From Azolla caroliniana (taxonomy: Eukaryota; Plantae; Polypodiophyta), in NCBI GenBank assembly GCA_043228905.1, contig JBHGNT010000003.1:5456001-5520000 (forward strand): DNA of 64,000 nt. Direction: 5' to 3'. A program made the translations under genes and the position numbers. The notes under the pieces are model-generated. The model saw only the letters and a list, made by a program, of their open reading frames with translations, did not search any database and was not told the DNA's origin. Shown here piece by piece: positions 32,923-45,212 of the stretch; the first letter of the stretch is position 1, and each line of letters starts with the position of its first letter.

Positions 32923-35900
32923 TCACTCCGGCATGGGCTATCTTTCCAGCCCGATCCTCTTCCGGCATGCGTCCAGCTTCTCGGGTGTCAGCACTTTGGT
33001 CAGCATATCGGATCCGTTCTCGGCTGTGTGGATCTTCGTCAGTGCGAACTCTTGGTCATCTACCCTTTCCCGGATCCAGTGATACCTCCGCTGGATATGC
33101 TTCGTCCGGGAATGGTAGGCCGCATTCTTAGCAAGGTGGATGGCACTTTGACTGTCGCAGTAGAGTCGGTATTCCTCTTGCCGGATACCGAGCTCTCCGA
33201 TGAAGTCCTTCATCCATAATGTTTCCTTGCCGGCTTCTACAGCCGCCATGTACTCCGCCTCTGTGGTTGACAATGCAATGGTCTTCTGCAGCCTCGACTG
33301 CCACGAGACAGCTCCCCCTGCATATGTCATCACATACCCGGATGTAGACCGGTGTCGTGCCCTTCGGCTCCGGATCGTTGCGTGAGTCGGGATGGTTTTC
33401 ACGTAGTGTGTGGAATACACTACGACACCGGCTGGTATCCACATCAGCCGACATGTCCGAATCGGTGAAACTGTCCAGTTGAGGTTTTCCGGTGCCGAAT
33501 CGGAGACACATATTTGAAGTGCCCTTCAAATACCGGAGTATCCACTTGACCGCATTCCAATGCTCCTTGCCGGGATTACTCATGAACCGGCTCACCACTC
33601 CGACTGCGTATCCAATGTCCGGTCGGGTACAAACCATTGCGTACATCAAGCTCCCGACGGCAGAGGCATATGGAATCTTCATCATATCTGCCTTCTCTCC
33701 TTTTGTCTTCGGGCTTTGCTTGCCGGACAACTTGCAGTTTGCCAGAAGTGTCGATCCGACCGGTTTTGCATCTGACATGTTGAACCGGTGAAGCACCTTT
33801 GTCACATACTTCTCCTGTGACAGCCATAGTTGCTTCACTGACCGGTCCCGAATGATGTGCATCCCCAACATTTGTCTTGCCGGACCCAAGTCCTTCATTG
33901 AGAAGGTCCGGTTGAGAGCCTTCTTCAGCATCCGTATTTTTCCTTGGTCTCGTCCGACGATCAACATCTCATCCACGTACAGGAGGAGTATCAGGAAGTC
34001 CCCTCCTTCGAACTTCTTCACAAACACGCAGTGATCGGCCTGCGTCTTGTGGTACCCTTGATCGGTCATGAAGGAGTCGAACTTCCGATACCATTGCCGG
34101 GGAGCCTGCTTCAGTCCATACAGGCTCTTCTTCAACCGGCATACCAGGTGCTCCTTCCCTTTCTCCACAAATCCTTCCGGTTGCTGCATGTAGATCTCCT
34201 CTTCGAGGTCGCCGTGAAGGAATGTCGTCTTCACGTCCAACTGCTCTACCTCGAGATCCATGCTTGCTGCTATACTCAGCACCGTCCGGATGGAGGTCAT
34301 CTTTACTACCGGGGCGAATATTTCGTCGAAGTCCACGCCCTTCTTCTCCTGGAACCCCTTCACCACGATCCTGGCTTTGTATCTCGGGGGTTTGCCGGCA
34401 TCTCCCGGTTTCAACTTGAATACCCACTTGTTTCGGAGTGCCCGCTTTCCTTTCGGCAGCTCCACCAATTCGTACGTATGGTTCTCATGCAGGGAATCCA
34501 TCTCATCCTGCATGGCACTTAACCATTTTCGGCTGTGGGTGTCAACCTTCGCTTCTTCGAAGCTTTCCGGCTCCCCCTCATCGGTCAGCAGGACATGCTC
34601 TGCATCCGGAAATCTCCGGGGCGCCCTTCTCTCTCTGAGAGGATATCTACGTCTTCGGGCTTCGGTAATCGGTTCCTCCATTTGCTCTTCATCCGAATCC
34701 GATTCGGGGTCTTGACCGGTTCCGGTCTCAGCTTCCTCTACTTCTTCTTCTGCCGGTTCGGTATCCTCACCGTAACCGGCTGGTTCCTCGAGTGCTAACC
34801 GGTCTCTTGCCGGTTGGGTCTGCTCATTGTAGAGTCTATCCTTACCGGTCGACTCAGAGTTCATTATCTTCTTCTCCGACTCCCAGTCGGCGAGCGTCTT
34901 GTCCTCCATGAAGATAATATCTCGACTCCGGAATACCTTCTTGTCGACCGGGTCCCACACTCGGTAGCCGAACTCATCGTCACCGTAACCGAGGAATATG
35001 CATGGCCGGGTCTTTGGATCTAGCTTTCCTCTTCGGTCCTTTGCTACATGTACGTACGCGAGACACCCGAACACCCTTAGATGCCGGTAGGACACTTCCT
35101 TACCGGTCCATACTCTCTGTGGCTTGTCTCCTTCCAAGGGTACTGAGGGTGATCTGTTTATCACATATGTCGCCGTCGACAGTGCCTCAGCCCAAAACTT
35201 CTTGGGTAGTTTTGCATGCGCTAGCATACTCCGGACCCTCTCCATTATGGTTCGGTTCATCCTCTCGGCCAGTCCGTTTAGTTCCGGCGTCTTCGGCACG
35301 GTAAATTCGAGCCGGATTCCCTTCGAGCGGCAGTACTCCTCGAACTGCCCCCGGTACTCACCTCCGTTATCTGCTCGAACCGCCTTTAGCTTCCGGCCGG
35401 TTTCTCTTTCCACTCTCGCGTGGAGCTCTTTGAAGACAGATAACACCTGATCCTTTGTCTTCAGCGGTGTGGCCCACAGCTTCCGGCTGTGGTCATCTAT
35501 GAACGTCACGAAGTACTGCGCTCCGGCATGTGACTTCGTGTCTACTTGACAAACATCCGTATGCACCAACTCCAGTGGTGCATTACGTCTCATCGGTGGC
35601 CTTGGTCGGAAGGAGGTCCGGTTCTGCTTACCGGCCAGACAATCAGTGCACTTCTCTAAATGCACGTTCTTCACTGGGATGAGGTTGTCGTCTGCAAGCC
35701 TCTTCATCCCCTTCTCACTCATGTGACATAGCCTCTTGTGCCACAGCTCACCGGCAGTGTCGGAAGCCACGTTCACTTCTTCCGGACATAACCGGGCATT
35801 CATCAGGTACAGTGTGTTTACCTTCCGGGCCCGAGCCACAATCAGGCTCCCTTTGCTGAACTTCATGACACCGTTCCGGATGCTACCCGTGTAGCCTTCA

Positions 35901-37048
35901 TCATCTAGCCGACCGGCTGATATCAGGTTCAGACGAACTTCCGGAACGTGTCGGACATTTTTCAACAACAGCTTGCATCCGGTTGGTGTTGTCAGCCACA
36001 CGTCTCCTATGCCGACAATTCGGCATGTTCCTTCATTCCCCATCCGGACACAGCCGTGATCACCGGCTGAGTAGGATGAGAAGCATTTCCGGTCCGGGGT
36101 AAGGTGGAACGACGCTCCGGAATCTACAACCCAGGTCATCTCATCGCCGGCATGGTTTATCTCACTCTCCTCGGTGATGAGCATCAACTCCTCTTCACTT
36201 GCCGCAATTGCCGTCGTTCCCTTCCGGTCCGGCCCCCTCCGGTCTGTACCGTTCCGGTTCGGCGTTTGCTTCAAATCGGTACCGTCGGTTTCCTTGTCTT
36301 TACGGAAATGCCGACAGTTCTTTTGGAAGTGTCCCGGCTTGCCGCAATAGAAGCAAGTAGGCCTCCGCCTTGACTTTGATCGTGTCCCCGACTTCTCCCG
36401 GTTCTGGGGACTACGGTTTCTATGTCTTCCGCGTTCCGATTCGGTAAGGAGCGCTTTGGAGTCGGAGCTCGTATCTTTGTCTTTCCGACGAGCCTCCACA
36501 TCTAGCAAGCTCGACTTTACTCTTGCTAGGGATAGCCGTTTTCCTTCCGGCCCGGCGTTGCCCAAAGTAACAACCAACGTCTCCCAGCTATCCGGGAGGG
36601 AACCGAGCAGGAGTAGCGCTAGGACCTCATCGGCAAGAGGTACTTCCAATGACGTTGCCTGGTGAATCCGCCCCTGGAAGGCATTCATATGCTCCGCCAT
36701 GTTGGAGCCATCTTGGTACCGGAGTCTTACAAGCTTCCGGAATACCGACGCCTGATTGACAGCATTTTTGTTCTGGAACATCATGCCGATCTTCTCCCAG
36801 AGCTCATGAGCCTTGCTCTCTTCATTGAAGTTGTTGTACAGGCTCATGTCGATGAAGCACCGTATGTACGCCGTTGTCTTCATGTGCATCACCTCCCATA
36901 TCGCGGCGTCGATTTTGTCCGGTCTCTTGTCCCCGAACTGAACCGGCAGCCAGAGGTCTTTAACCACGAGCATGTCCCTCATCTTCGACTTCCACACTGA
37001 ATAGTTGGAGCCGGTGAGCTTGAACATGCCGCCAAACGATTCGTCCAT
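32923..37048 (-). pseudogene. gag-pol: Gag-Pol of copia F; RT motif reads YVDE and RNase H is frameshifted by an insertion
   Basis: Start MDESFGG; all copia domains present. Frame shifted by the 75-bp insert plus 4-bp TSD at 33353; the RNase H tail lies in ORF 32938-33444. Confidence 0.92.
33353..33427. mobile_element. 75-bp mini-element or tiny solo LTR with CCGG TSD
   Basis: TGTCGT...ACGACA termini, CCGG on both sides, absent from the homologous site of copia E. Confidence 0.85.
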
Positions 37049-40000
37049 TTTCTGTGTCGATTTCGCTCTGATACCACTTGCAGAGAACTCGACGTTCCTT
37101 ATGTCCGACGCTCGACCACAACCGAGATTATTTACATACACAAAAAAATAGGTAATGAAAACGCGACACAAAAGAGGAGAAATGGTACACAGGAGGTATA
37201 CGTGGAAAACCCCAAACTAGGGGAAAAACCACGGCAGCCCACAAGCTGCAAACTGTCACTATGCAGAAATATACAACAGTGAGATCACCGAGGCAAGGAC
37301 CTCGTGCTCTCAGATCTTCGCCACAGGCGGCGGTTACAACAGAGGCGACGACCTCGTCTCTCTCTCTCTCTCTGTACAGTTACGCGCTCTTATTTCTTCT
37401 TGCACCAACAAGGAAGAATAATAATCATACATACAAAAAAGTTTGCCCTAAGTCATATTTATACTAATATGACTTTTCGGCTATTTACAAAATGTAGCCT
37501 CGATGGGCTCCATCCGGCTCTCAGCAGTCGGGTACTCCTCATCCGGTTCATACCGAGCCTACACCATCCGACTCTCCGAAGTCGGGTTCTCCTCATCCGG
37601 TTCATACCGGGCCTGCACCATCCGACTCTCCGAAGTCGGGTTCTCCTCATCCGGTTCATACCGGGCCTGCACCATCCGACTCTCCGAAGTCGGGTTCTCC
37701 TCATCCGGTTCATACCGGGCCTGCACCATCCGGACTCTCCGAAGTCGGGTTCTCCTCATCCGGTTCATACCGGGCCTGCACCATCCGGAGGGACCTGTCT
37801 ACCAACACTAGGAAACCGCCACCCTAGTCATGCGTGAGGTATTTCGGTATCATGGCCTCCCAGACAGTATCATCAGTGACCGAGGACCGCAATTTGTCTC
37901 CAAATTTTGGCAGCATCTCTTCAAGATGCTCAAGGTCTCTTGCAACCTCTCCTCCGGCTACCATCCTCAGACCGATGGGCAGGCGGAACAAACAAACCAA
38001 ACGCTGGAGCAATATCTCCGGTGTTTCCTGAGTTATCAGCAGGACGATTGGGCCGAGATTCTCCATTTTGTGGAGTTTGCGTATAATAATGTTGTTCACT
38101 CCTCGACTCGAGTCTCCCCATTCTACGCTTATACCGGTTCTCATCCTCGTTGGTCGGTGATCGACACCCCGGAACTACCTACCAATCCTCGTGCCGGGGA
38201 TCATTTGGAGAGACTACACAAGATCCAGACAGATCTCTCAACTCATCTTCGTCATGCTCAACAGACACAGAAGACTTCCCTCCACTTTTGCCATCGGAGA
38301 TCGAGTATGGCTCTTACGTTGTCACATCAAGACTACTCGACCGTGCGACAAGTTGGATTATCGACGACTCGGTCCTTTCCGTATTACGGGTAAGGTTAAT
38401 GATGTCACATTCCGCCTTGATCTCCCTCTGCAGCTTCAGATACATCCAGTTTTCCATTGTTCTCTTCTTGAACCTTATAAAGCCAACACCATTCCCGATC
38501 GTGTTACACCACCGCCGCCCCCGCTCGAGTTGGATGCCGGCCTGGAGTATGAAGTTGCTGCCATCCTCGATTCCAAACTTATTCGCAACAAACTTTATTA
38601 TTTGGTTGATTGGCTTGGTTATAGTCTGAGCGAACGCACTTGGGGACCCGTCGAGCATGTTGTCAATGCTTAGGATCTACTTGCTGATTTCCACCGAAAG
38701 TATCCGGACAAACCCGGTCCGCAATCAGCACCGACTCGTTCCACTCGTCGTCTTTAAGGGGGAGATAGTGTCATGATATGGCAAGACTCGAACCCATTAC
38801 CTTATGGTATATGGGTCGAGCTCTTACCATCACACCATCTATTGTAATTCATAGGATATTATTTTCATTGATGTTTTATTATAAGAAAGTAATGTATATT
38901 CCAGATTTCTCTGGAACATTCTAGAAGTTTCAGGATTACTCCTGACAACACTATAAAAGAAGGCACTAGACATTATATTGAACCAAATTGGTTCAACACC
39001 AGTCTTAAGCCTCTTAGCCACTTTGTACTTATCTTTTCACATAATATATTAGCTGCTATCATTATCTTTCTCTCTCTCTCTCCTCTTCTCACTTCCTCTC
39101 TCGGGAATCTCATGCAGTCCCGTCTTCTTAGTACTAATAGTACTTCTCTTATTAGTACTAATTCCATCTCTGTTTTAGTACTATTCCTGACAGTATCCAC
39201 CGATTCCTCCTAGGGACGGTTTTCTCCACGACACCGGCTGATATCAAGTTTAGTCAAACCTCCGGAACGTGTCGGACATCCTTCAAAAGCAACTTGCATC
39301 CGGTTGATGTCGTCAACAACACATCTCCTATGCCGATAATTAGGCATGTAACTTCATTCCCCATCCGGACACAACCATGATCACCGTCTCTGTAGGATGA
39401 GAAGCATTTCCAATCCAAAACGACCCTCTGGAATTGACAACCTGAAGAGAAAAGATGCGGAATATGGCTCGGCCACAACCGAGTCTTGAATCACTTCGAT
39501 GAGACGATTCCTCTTAGGGAAGGTTTTCTCCACGACATCGGCCCGCACCAAACCGTGCATCCACCGGTATGTGCTAGAATAGACTTCTACTAGAGAAGAC
39601 CGGGCCGCTCTTATCTTTCATTCTCCGGATCGCCATCGCATCCGAACCCGTCGTCGTCGTCATCCATGTCCTCTAGTTCCAGTTCGTCCTCGTGCCGCTT
39701 CTTCAATGCCTTGATCCTCTTCCCGAACACCGGTACAACTATTCTCCTTCCGTCGAGCTCAACGAGATGGTAGGTGTCGTTGTTGTTGGTGCTTGTCACC
39801 ATGTAAGGCCCGAACCACCTCCTCGCAAATTTCTGCATTGCCTTGTGTTGGTTGTCGAGGTTGCTATCGTAGACCAGAACCCAGTCGCCTTCCTCGATTT
39901 TCTTTGGTCATTGTCGGTGAGTCTGGTTGAATCGCCCCTTGTTCTTCGTCATTGCCACACGCAACTTTTCCGTTGCTCATTCTATGTCCTCCGGTCTTCG

Positions 40001-40171
40001 CTTGAGCTGTCTGATTCGCGCCGCCAACAACTCCTCCCGGCTCATCTCATCTCTCCAGTCCACCGCGGCCCACGAGGAGATCGTTTGCTCCATCGGCATG
40101 ATCGGCTTCTGCGAGTACATCAGCTCCTTCGGCATGAACCCGGTTACCGAACTGTGCGTAGTTCGATCTAG

Positions 40172-43100
40172 CAAAGTACACAGTTCAGAGAACTCAGAAA
40201 ACACAGAGATGGAGATGGAGATGGAGAGACAGAGAGAGAGCAGACAACTCAATTCTATTTCAAAATAATGACCCTCTCACAAAACTTCATGCTCATTGAG
40301 CACCTTTTATACAAGCCGAAGTGGTGAGCCGGTTTATGAGCAATCCCGACAAGGAGCACTGGAATGCAGTCAAATGGATACTCCGGTACTTGAAGGGCAC
40401 GTCGAACATGTGTCTCCGATTCAGCTCTGGTAAACCTCAACTTGACGGTTTTACCGATTCGGACATGTCGGCTGATGTGGATACCAGCCGGTCTACATCT
40501 GGGTATGTAATGACATATGCAAAGGGAGTTGTTTCGTGGCAGTTGAGGCTGCAGAAGACGGTTGCATTATCAACCACGGAGGCGGAGTACATGGCGGTTG
40601 TGGAAGCCGTCAAGGAAATACTATGGATGAAGGACTTCATCGGAGAGCTCGGTATCTGGCAAGAAGAATACCGGCTCTATTGCGACAGTCAAAGTGCCAT
40701 CCACCTTGCTAAGAACGTAGTGTACCACTCCAGGACAAAGCACATCCAGCGTAGGTATCACTGGATCCGAGAAACAGTAGATGACCAGGAGTTCGCGTTG
40801 ACGAAGATCCACATGGCCGAGAACGGGTTAGATATGTTGACCAAAGTACTGATACCCGACAAGCTGGATGCATGTCGGAAGCAGATCGGACTAGTAAGAC
40901 ATCCCATGCCGGAGTGAAGGGGGAGTTTGTTAGGAAACAGGTCCCTCCGGATGGGAAGTGAGAAGAACAGGTCCCTCCGGATGGGAAACCGGATGTTGAG
41001 TACCTGGCTACGGAAGACCCGGTGAGAACCGGATGAAGAGTACCCGGCAACGGAAGACCCGGTGAGAACCGGATGTGGAGTACCCGACTACGGAAGACCC
41101 GGTGAGAACCGAATGAAGAGTACCCAGCAACTGAAGACCCGGTGAGAACCGGATGTGGAGTACGCAACTACGAAAGACCCGGTGAGAACCGGATGAAGAG
41201 TACCTGGCAAGAGCCGGATGGTGAAGGGTCGGTGAGAAGTGCTCACCGGATGAAGGGACATATTCGTAAATATGTTTATGAGAGTCCATCGTGGCTATAT
41301 TTGTAAATAGCCAAAAAGTCATATTAGTATAAATATGACTTAGGGCAAACTTTATGATAGGGTGTTGTCATTCTTGTTGGTGCCAGATTAGAGCGTGTAA
41401 CTGTGTACAGAGAGAGAGAGAGAGGAAGAGGTTGTTGCCTCTGTTGTAACTGCCGCCTATGACGAAGATAGCAAGCTCGAGGTCGTTGCCTCGGTGCTTT
41501 ACTGTTGTACATTGTGATATAGTGATAGTTTGCAGTCTGTGGGTTGCCGTGGTTTTTTTCCCTAGTTTCGGTTTTTTCCACGTTAACATCCTGTGTACTC
41601 TTCTCTTCACTGTGTTGTGCACTCACTATCTGTTTCCTGTGTTTTATCCTAGGCTCGGTTGTGGCCGAGCGTTATTCATTTGGAGTGTGTGTTCCTGTCA
41701 CATGCCCACGTGTGCCGAGTGAAGTAATCGATGAAGGTTACAAAGTAATGGCTTCCATCGAGACTCACGTTTTGTGCCGAACCCCACAAATCCGAATGGA
41801 TCAAATCCAGCGGACTTCGACTACGATTACGCTCATTGGGGAATGGAAGTCGGTGTTGTTTTCCGGCTTGATTAGTGTCAAGGATTAACATCCCCCCTTC
41901 ATGGCGCCCTTGCGCGATTACTTTGCCTTCCTCTTCTATGAAGCAGCCGAGATGCGTGAATCGAACCTCCATTCCTTGGTCGACGATCTTACCGACCAAC
42001 ACCAGGTTCTTTGTTACTGTCGGGACATGCAACACGGTCATGAGTTTCCCGTTCTGCCCGACAGTGGCTGAGAGGAACTTCGCCGACATGTTCGATGGTA
42101 TGCGGAGTGCCGTCCCCCGTTTCGACCACTCATTGCGATTCCGATTTCTCCAAGTAGGAGAACCATTCCTCATGACTTGTCATATGATTTAACGCTCAGG
42201 AATCAACATACCACACCTCGCTCGATTTCGAAGTGTTCACGGCCATAGAATTGGCCTTATGCTTCATTATGAAGGTTGGGCCTGATTTGTTTTCGGCTCG
42301 TTCAGAGCCTTCGGCGTAGTGCAATCTCTGACGGCTCCCTGAATCTCTTCGACTCGATCCGGTTTTGTTCGAATCGGCTCTCTTTTTCCAGCACTCGCTC
42401 TCCTTGTGGCCTTTCTTGCCACAATACCAGCATTCTGATGCGGCCTTATCTTGCCGGCTTTCGGCGGTGTCAGGACTCCCCTAGCTTCTAAAGGGTCCGG
42501 AACTGCTATCGGCATTTCGATTATGCCGCTTGTTCTGCTCTTGTTGGCCGCCTCCATTGCGCGCTGATCCACCTCGTCCACCACAACCACGAGGCCTATC
42601 TTACTCCATGTACAACATCTTGCCGTCGGAGTGCGTATTCGTTGGCGCACCCGCGTGGTTTTCCTCTACGAGCGACATCGATTGAAGCTCGAAAAACGAA
42701 GGCATATTCTCCCTCGTGCAGACCGCCGTTTGGAAAGCTCCGAACCTTGACGCTAGCCCACCAAGACAAACCTGCACCATTTCTTCCTCCTCGACATTCA
42801 CGTTGACGAAGACAAGAGTGTCGCAGATTTCCTTGATTCGGGCCGTATAATCGGCCTCAGACAGATCTTTCTGTCAGACATTGCTTAGCTCTGGTCTGAG
42901 CTATGGCTTCCTGGCCATTGTGCTTGCGGCGAAAAGCTGTTTGAGATTTTCCCACGCATCCTTTGGCGTCTTAGCATCCCGAATATAGCTCAATAGCTGG
43001 TCGCTCACACAAGCCGAAAAATCTCTGCTTGCCGCTTGTTCCCAAGCCGAAAAATCTCTGTGTGTCGAATCGGGTGCTACATCATTAGCTCCTTCGACAT

Positions 43101-43727
43101 AACTCCAGTAGCCGTGACCGAGCAGGTACTGGTGCATCTTATACGACCAAGATGCGTAGTTGCTCCTGTCGAGCTTCTCAGTTGGTAGCGATCTTCCCAT
43201 ACCTCTGTCCATATTGCTGTCTTTTTCTTTTCCAAAAAACCGAAGAACAACTTCAACTCTGTTTTGTCGCATGCTTTTCTTGTCGGTTGTTACAGTAGAG
43301 GACTTCAACCTTCACGCTTTGATACCATGTAAAAGAATACGTGTGCGGACGCGTATGCGAAACACAGAGTACACAGTTCGGAGAACTCAGAAAACACAGA
43401 GATGGAGATGGAGATGGAGAGACAGAGAGAGCAAACAACTCAATTCTATTTCAAAATAATGACCCTCTCACAAAACTTTGTGCTCAGTGAGCACCTTTTA
43501 TACAAGCCATGACTATTGGGCTGACACAAGTATTGACAGTACTTGACTGCTCATAAATGAGCCTACTACACTAACTCCCAAAATTATTTCATACGAGGGA
43601 TACTTTTCCACCGGCCTAGCAGTTTACGCACCACTACGGCCTATTGTGCGCATGGTTCTACGCACTCAGTTTACGCACTGGGTTACGCACCCGATTATGC
43701 ACCGAATGTTGAGGTTGTCTCTCAACA
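40172..43727 (-). mobile_element. Copia H (non-Tnt1 lineage): 5' LTR, gag-PR-partial integrase and a partial second LTR
   Basis: LTR 43328-43727 directly abuts PBS TGGTATCAAAGC. Motifs EKLDRSNYASW, HVPTVTKNL, LIHSDLWG. Partial LTR copy at ~40172-40317. Confidence 0.8.
40318..41675 (+). mobile_element. Copia G fragment: RNase H end, PPT and truncated 3' LTR
   Basis: ORF 40321-40917 (STTEAEY, TKHIQRRYHW). PPT GTGAAGGGGGAG. LTR from 40928 with about 5.5 copies of a 40-bp unit at 40989-41210. Confidence 0.88.
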
Positions 43728-45212
43728 GTAAGGCAAGAGCCGCGACCAATTCCCAACTTGGCCTCCACATGCCTGTACCAACGCTTTTAGGATTGGCCCA
43801 TGTCCACGTTCCACCTTCCCGTTTGCCTCTGGCTTGTACGCCGTGGTGAACGAGAGTTCAACCCCTAACCATTCAAACAACTCTTCGGCCTCTTGTGCAT
43901 CCAGTTCTCCACGGTCCGCTACGATTTTCCCTACGCACCCGTACTGACATACCACCTCCTCGATCAGGAACCGGCACACGGCTGCAATCATCTTGTTCGG
44001 TAACGCTCAGCCCTCCACTTGGTTCGTCAGGTCCTCTCTTGCTAGCACTAGGTATCGCATCTGCCCTACCCCCATCGACATCGTCACTACATCCACCATC
44101 CACTTGAAGTGGACGGTAGGCGGGTAAATCGGGTGCAGCTCGTCCCGATGTCGCACTATGGAATGCATCTGACAACTTTCGCAAGTCGTTACGAACCGAT
44201 GCACGTCCCGGTATAGTCCCGCCCACCAGTACATCTCCTTCAGCTTTTCGAACGTGGCCCATGTTCCCCAGTGTCCAGCCCAAGAACTCTCGTGGTACGC
44301 TGTCAAGAATGCTTCCTGCTCGTCCTTCCTCACCACTACCCGGAGTGGGACATTGTCTCGCTTCTTCGGGTGCTTCCATATGCTCCCGTCCCGTAGGAAG
44401 AATCGGTACGCTTTCTTCCGGATCCGGTTAGCCTCTCCCTTTGTCCATGCCGCGTTTGGCGCCATCGTTTTCAGGAACCCACCGATCTAGAGCCACTCCC
44501 CGCCGTACTTGCTCTCATCAAACTCGTTAAGTGCTAGAGTGCTCCCCTTCCTCGTCGTCACGTAAGCCGTCTTGAAGAAGTCCACGTCGACTTCCTCATC
44601 CTCTGATACCATGTCGTCCTCGTCATCAAAACTTGCTCTTGAAAGCATGTCGGCCATGGCGTTGTCTTTCCCGGAGATGTGCTGTATCTCCGGATTTAGG
44701 GACTAAATGTACGCTATCCACTTGAGCATTGCCAGGTCTGGCGTCGCGTATCTAGAAACCATACCGAGAATCGATGGGCAGTCTGTCTCTATTATTACCC
44801 TGTCCCGATTAGGTAGTCTTTGTCGACCTTGACCACCGAAACGATACCCCAAAGATCACGTTTAACCTGGGCGTATCCTCGCTGTCGCGCTCTAAGTACT
44901 TTCGCACCGAACCGGATGGGGAACCTCGCGCCGTTCTCATCCTCCTAGTTGATCACCCATCCGATCCCGATCGGACTTGTGTCTACGGTTACATAAATAG
45001 GAACATGCCTATCGTAGACCGCTTTCCGAAGTGCCGATATCACTGAGGTCACTGAGGCGAGGCTTTTGCCGTGCGCGTTCCTTTGCCTAGCGTGTGATGG
45101 ACCTTGTGATTGGTCGGTTTTGTCGTGTTGGTTTTCTTGGGCGTCTGCGGCTAAATATCCATTTGTCATTGTTCGTCTATGAGAAGACACAGATCACCGA
45201 GCGTGCCAAAAG

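Larger units (their letters stand above)
32237..37807 (-). mobile_element. Copia F: full-length Tnt1/Tto1-like element inserted in the chromovirus integrase
   Basis: LTRs at 32237-32912 and 37079-37807 with 54-bp tandem units (about 4 vs 5). TSD CGAGG/CTAGG. PBS tRNA-iMet at ~37064-37076. PPT at 32913-32926. Confidence 0.96.
29652..38757 (+). pseudogene. pol: Pol of the chromovirus (29652-32236 plus 37813-38757), frameshifted, with C-terminal chromodomain
   Basis: LLDSEA, VMPFGL, IYLDD, EADASD, LDFITDLP, SDRGPQF, GPF, and EYEVAAILDSK...YLVDWLGY...RTW. Confidence 0.92.
27997..39192 (+). mobile_element. Tcn1-like chromovirus, full length, interrupted by copia F
   Basis: LTRs at 27997-28450 and 38769-39192. 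TSD CTATC/GTATC. PPT AAGGGGGAGATAG. Domain order gag-PR-RT-RH-INT-chromodomain. Confidence 0.95.
27385..39233. mobile_element. Solo LTR X (~650 bp: 27385-27996 plus 39198-39233) with 4-bp CCGG TSD, split by a chromovirus
   Basis: Termini TGTCGTG...CACGACA flanked by CCGG at 27381-27384 and 39234-39237. Copia D sequence rejoins across it. The same LTR end recurs at ~39505-39537. Confidence 0.8.
8201..39503 (-). mobile_element. Copia D (Tnt1/Tto1-like), degenerate host element split by nested insertions
   Basis: 3' LTR 8201-8708 with PPT 8709-8725. RNase H/RT pieces at 8725-9379 and 19638-20189, RT/integrase at 25700-27384, protease at 39238-39430, and a 5' LTR remnant at ~39443-39503. The pieces rejoin across the TSDs of the inserts. 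Confidence 0.8.
39505..45045 (-). mobile_element. Gypsy X: divergent RNase H-integrase region plus LTR end, interrupted at ~40170-43727
   Basis: VTVDTSPIG, ISGKDNAMADMLSR, CESC, KWMVDVV, AREDLTNQVEG, VADRGE, EANGKVERGH, DRTTHSSVTG, WFGPY. The LTR end matches solo LTR X. Confidence 0.8.
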
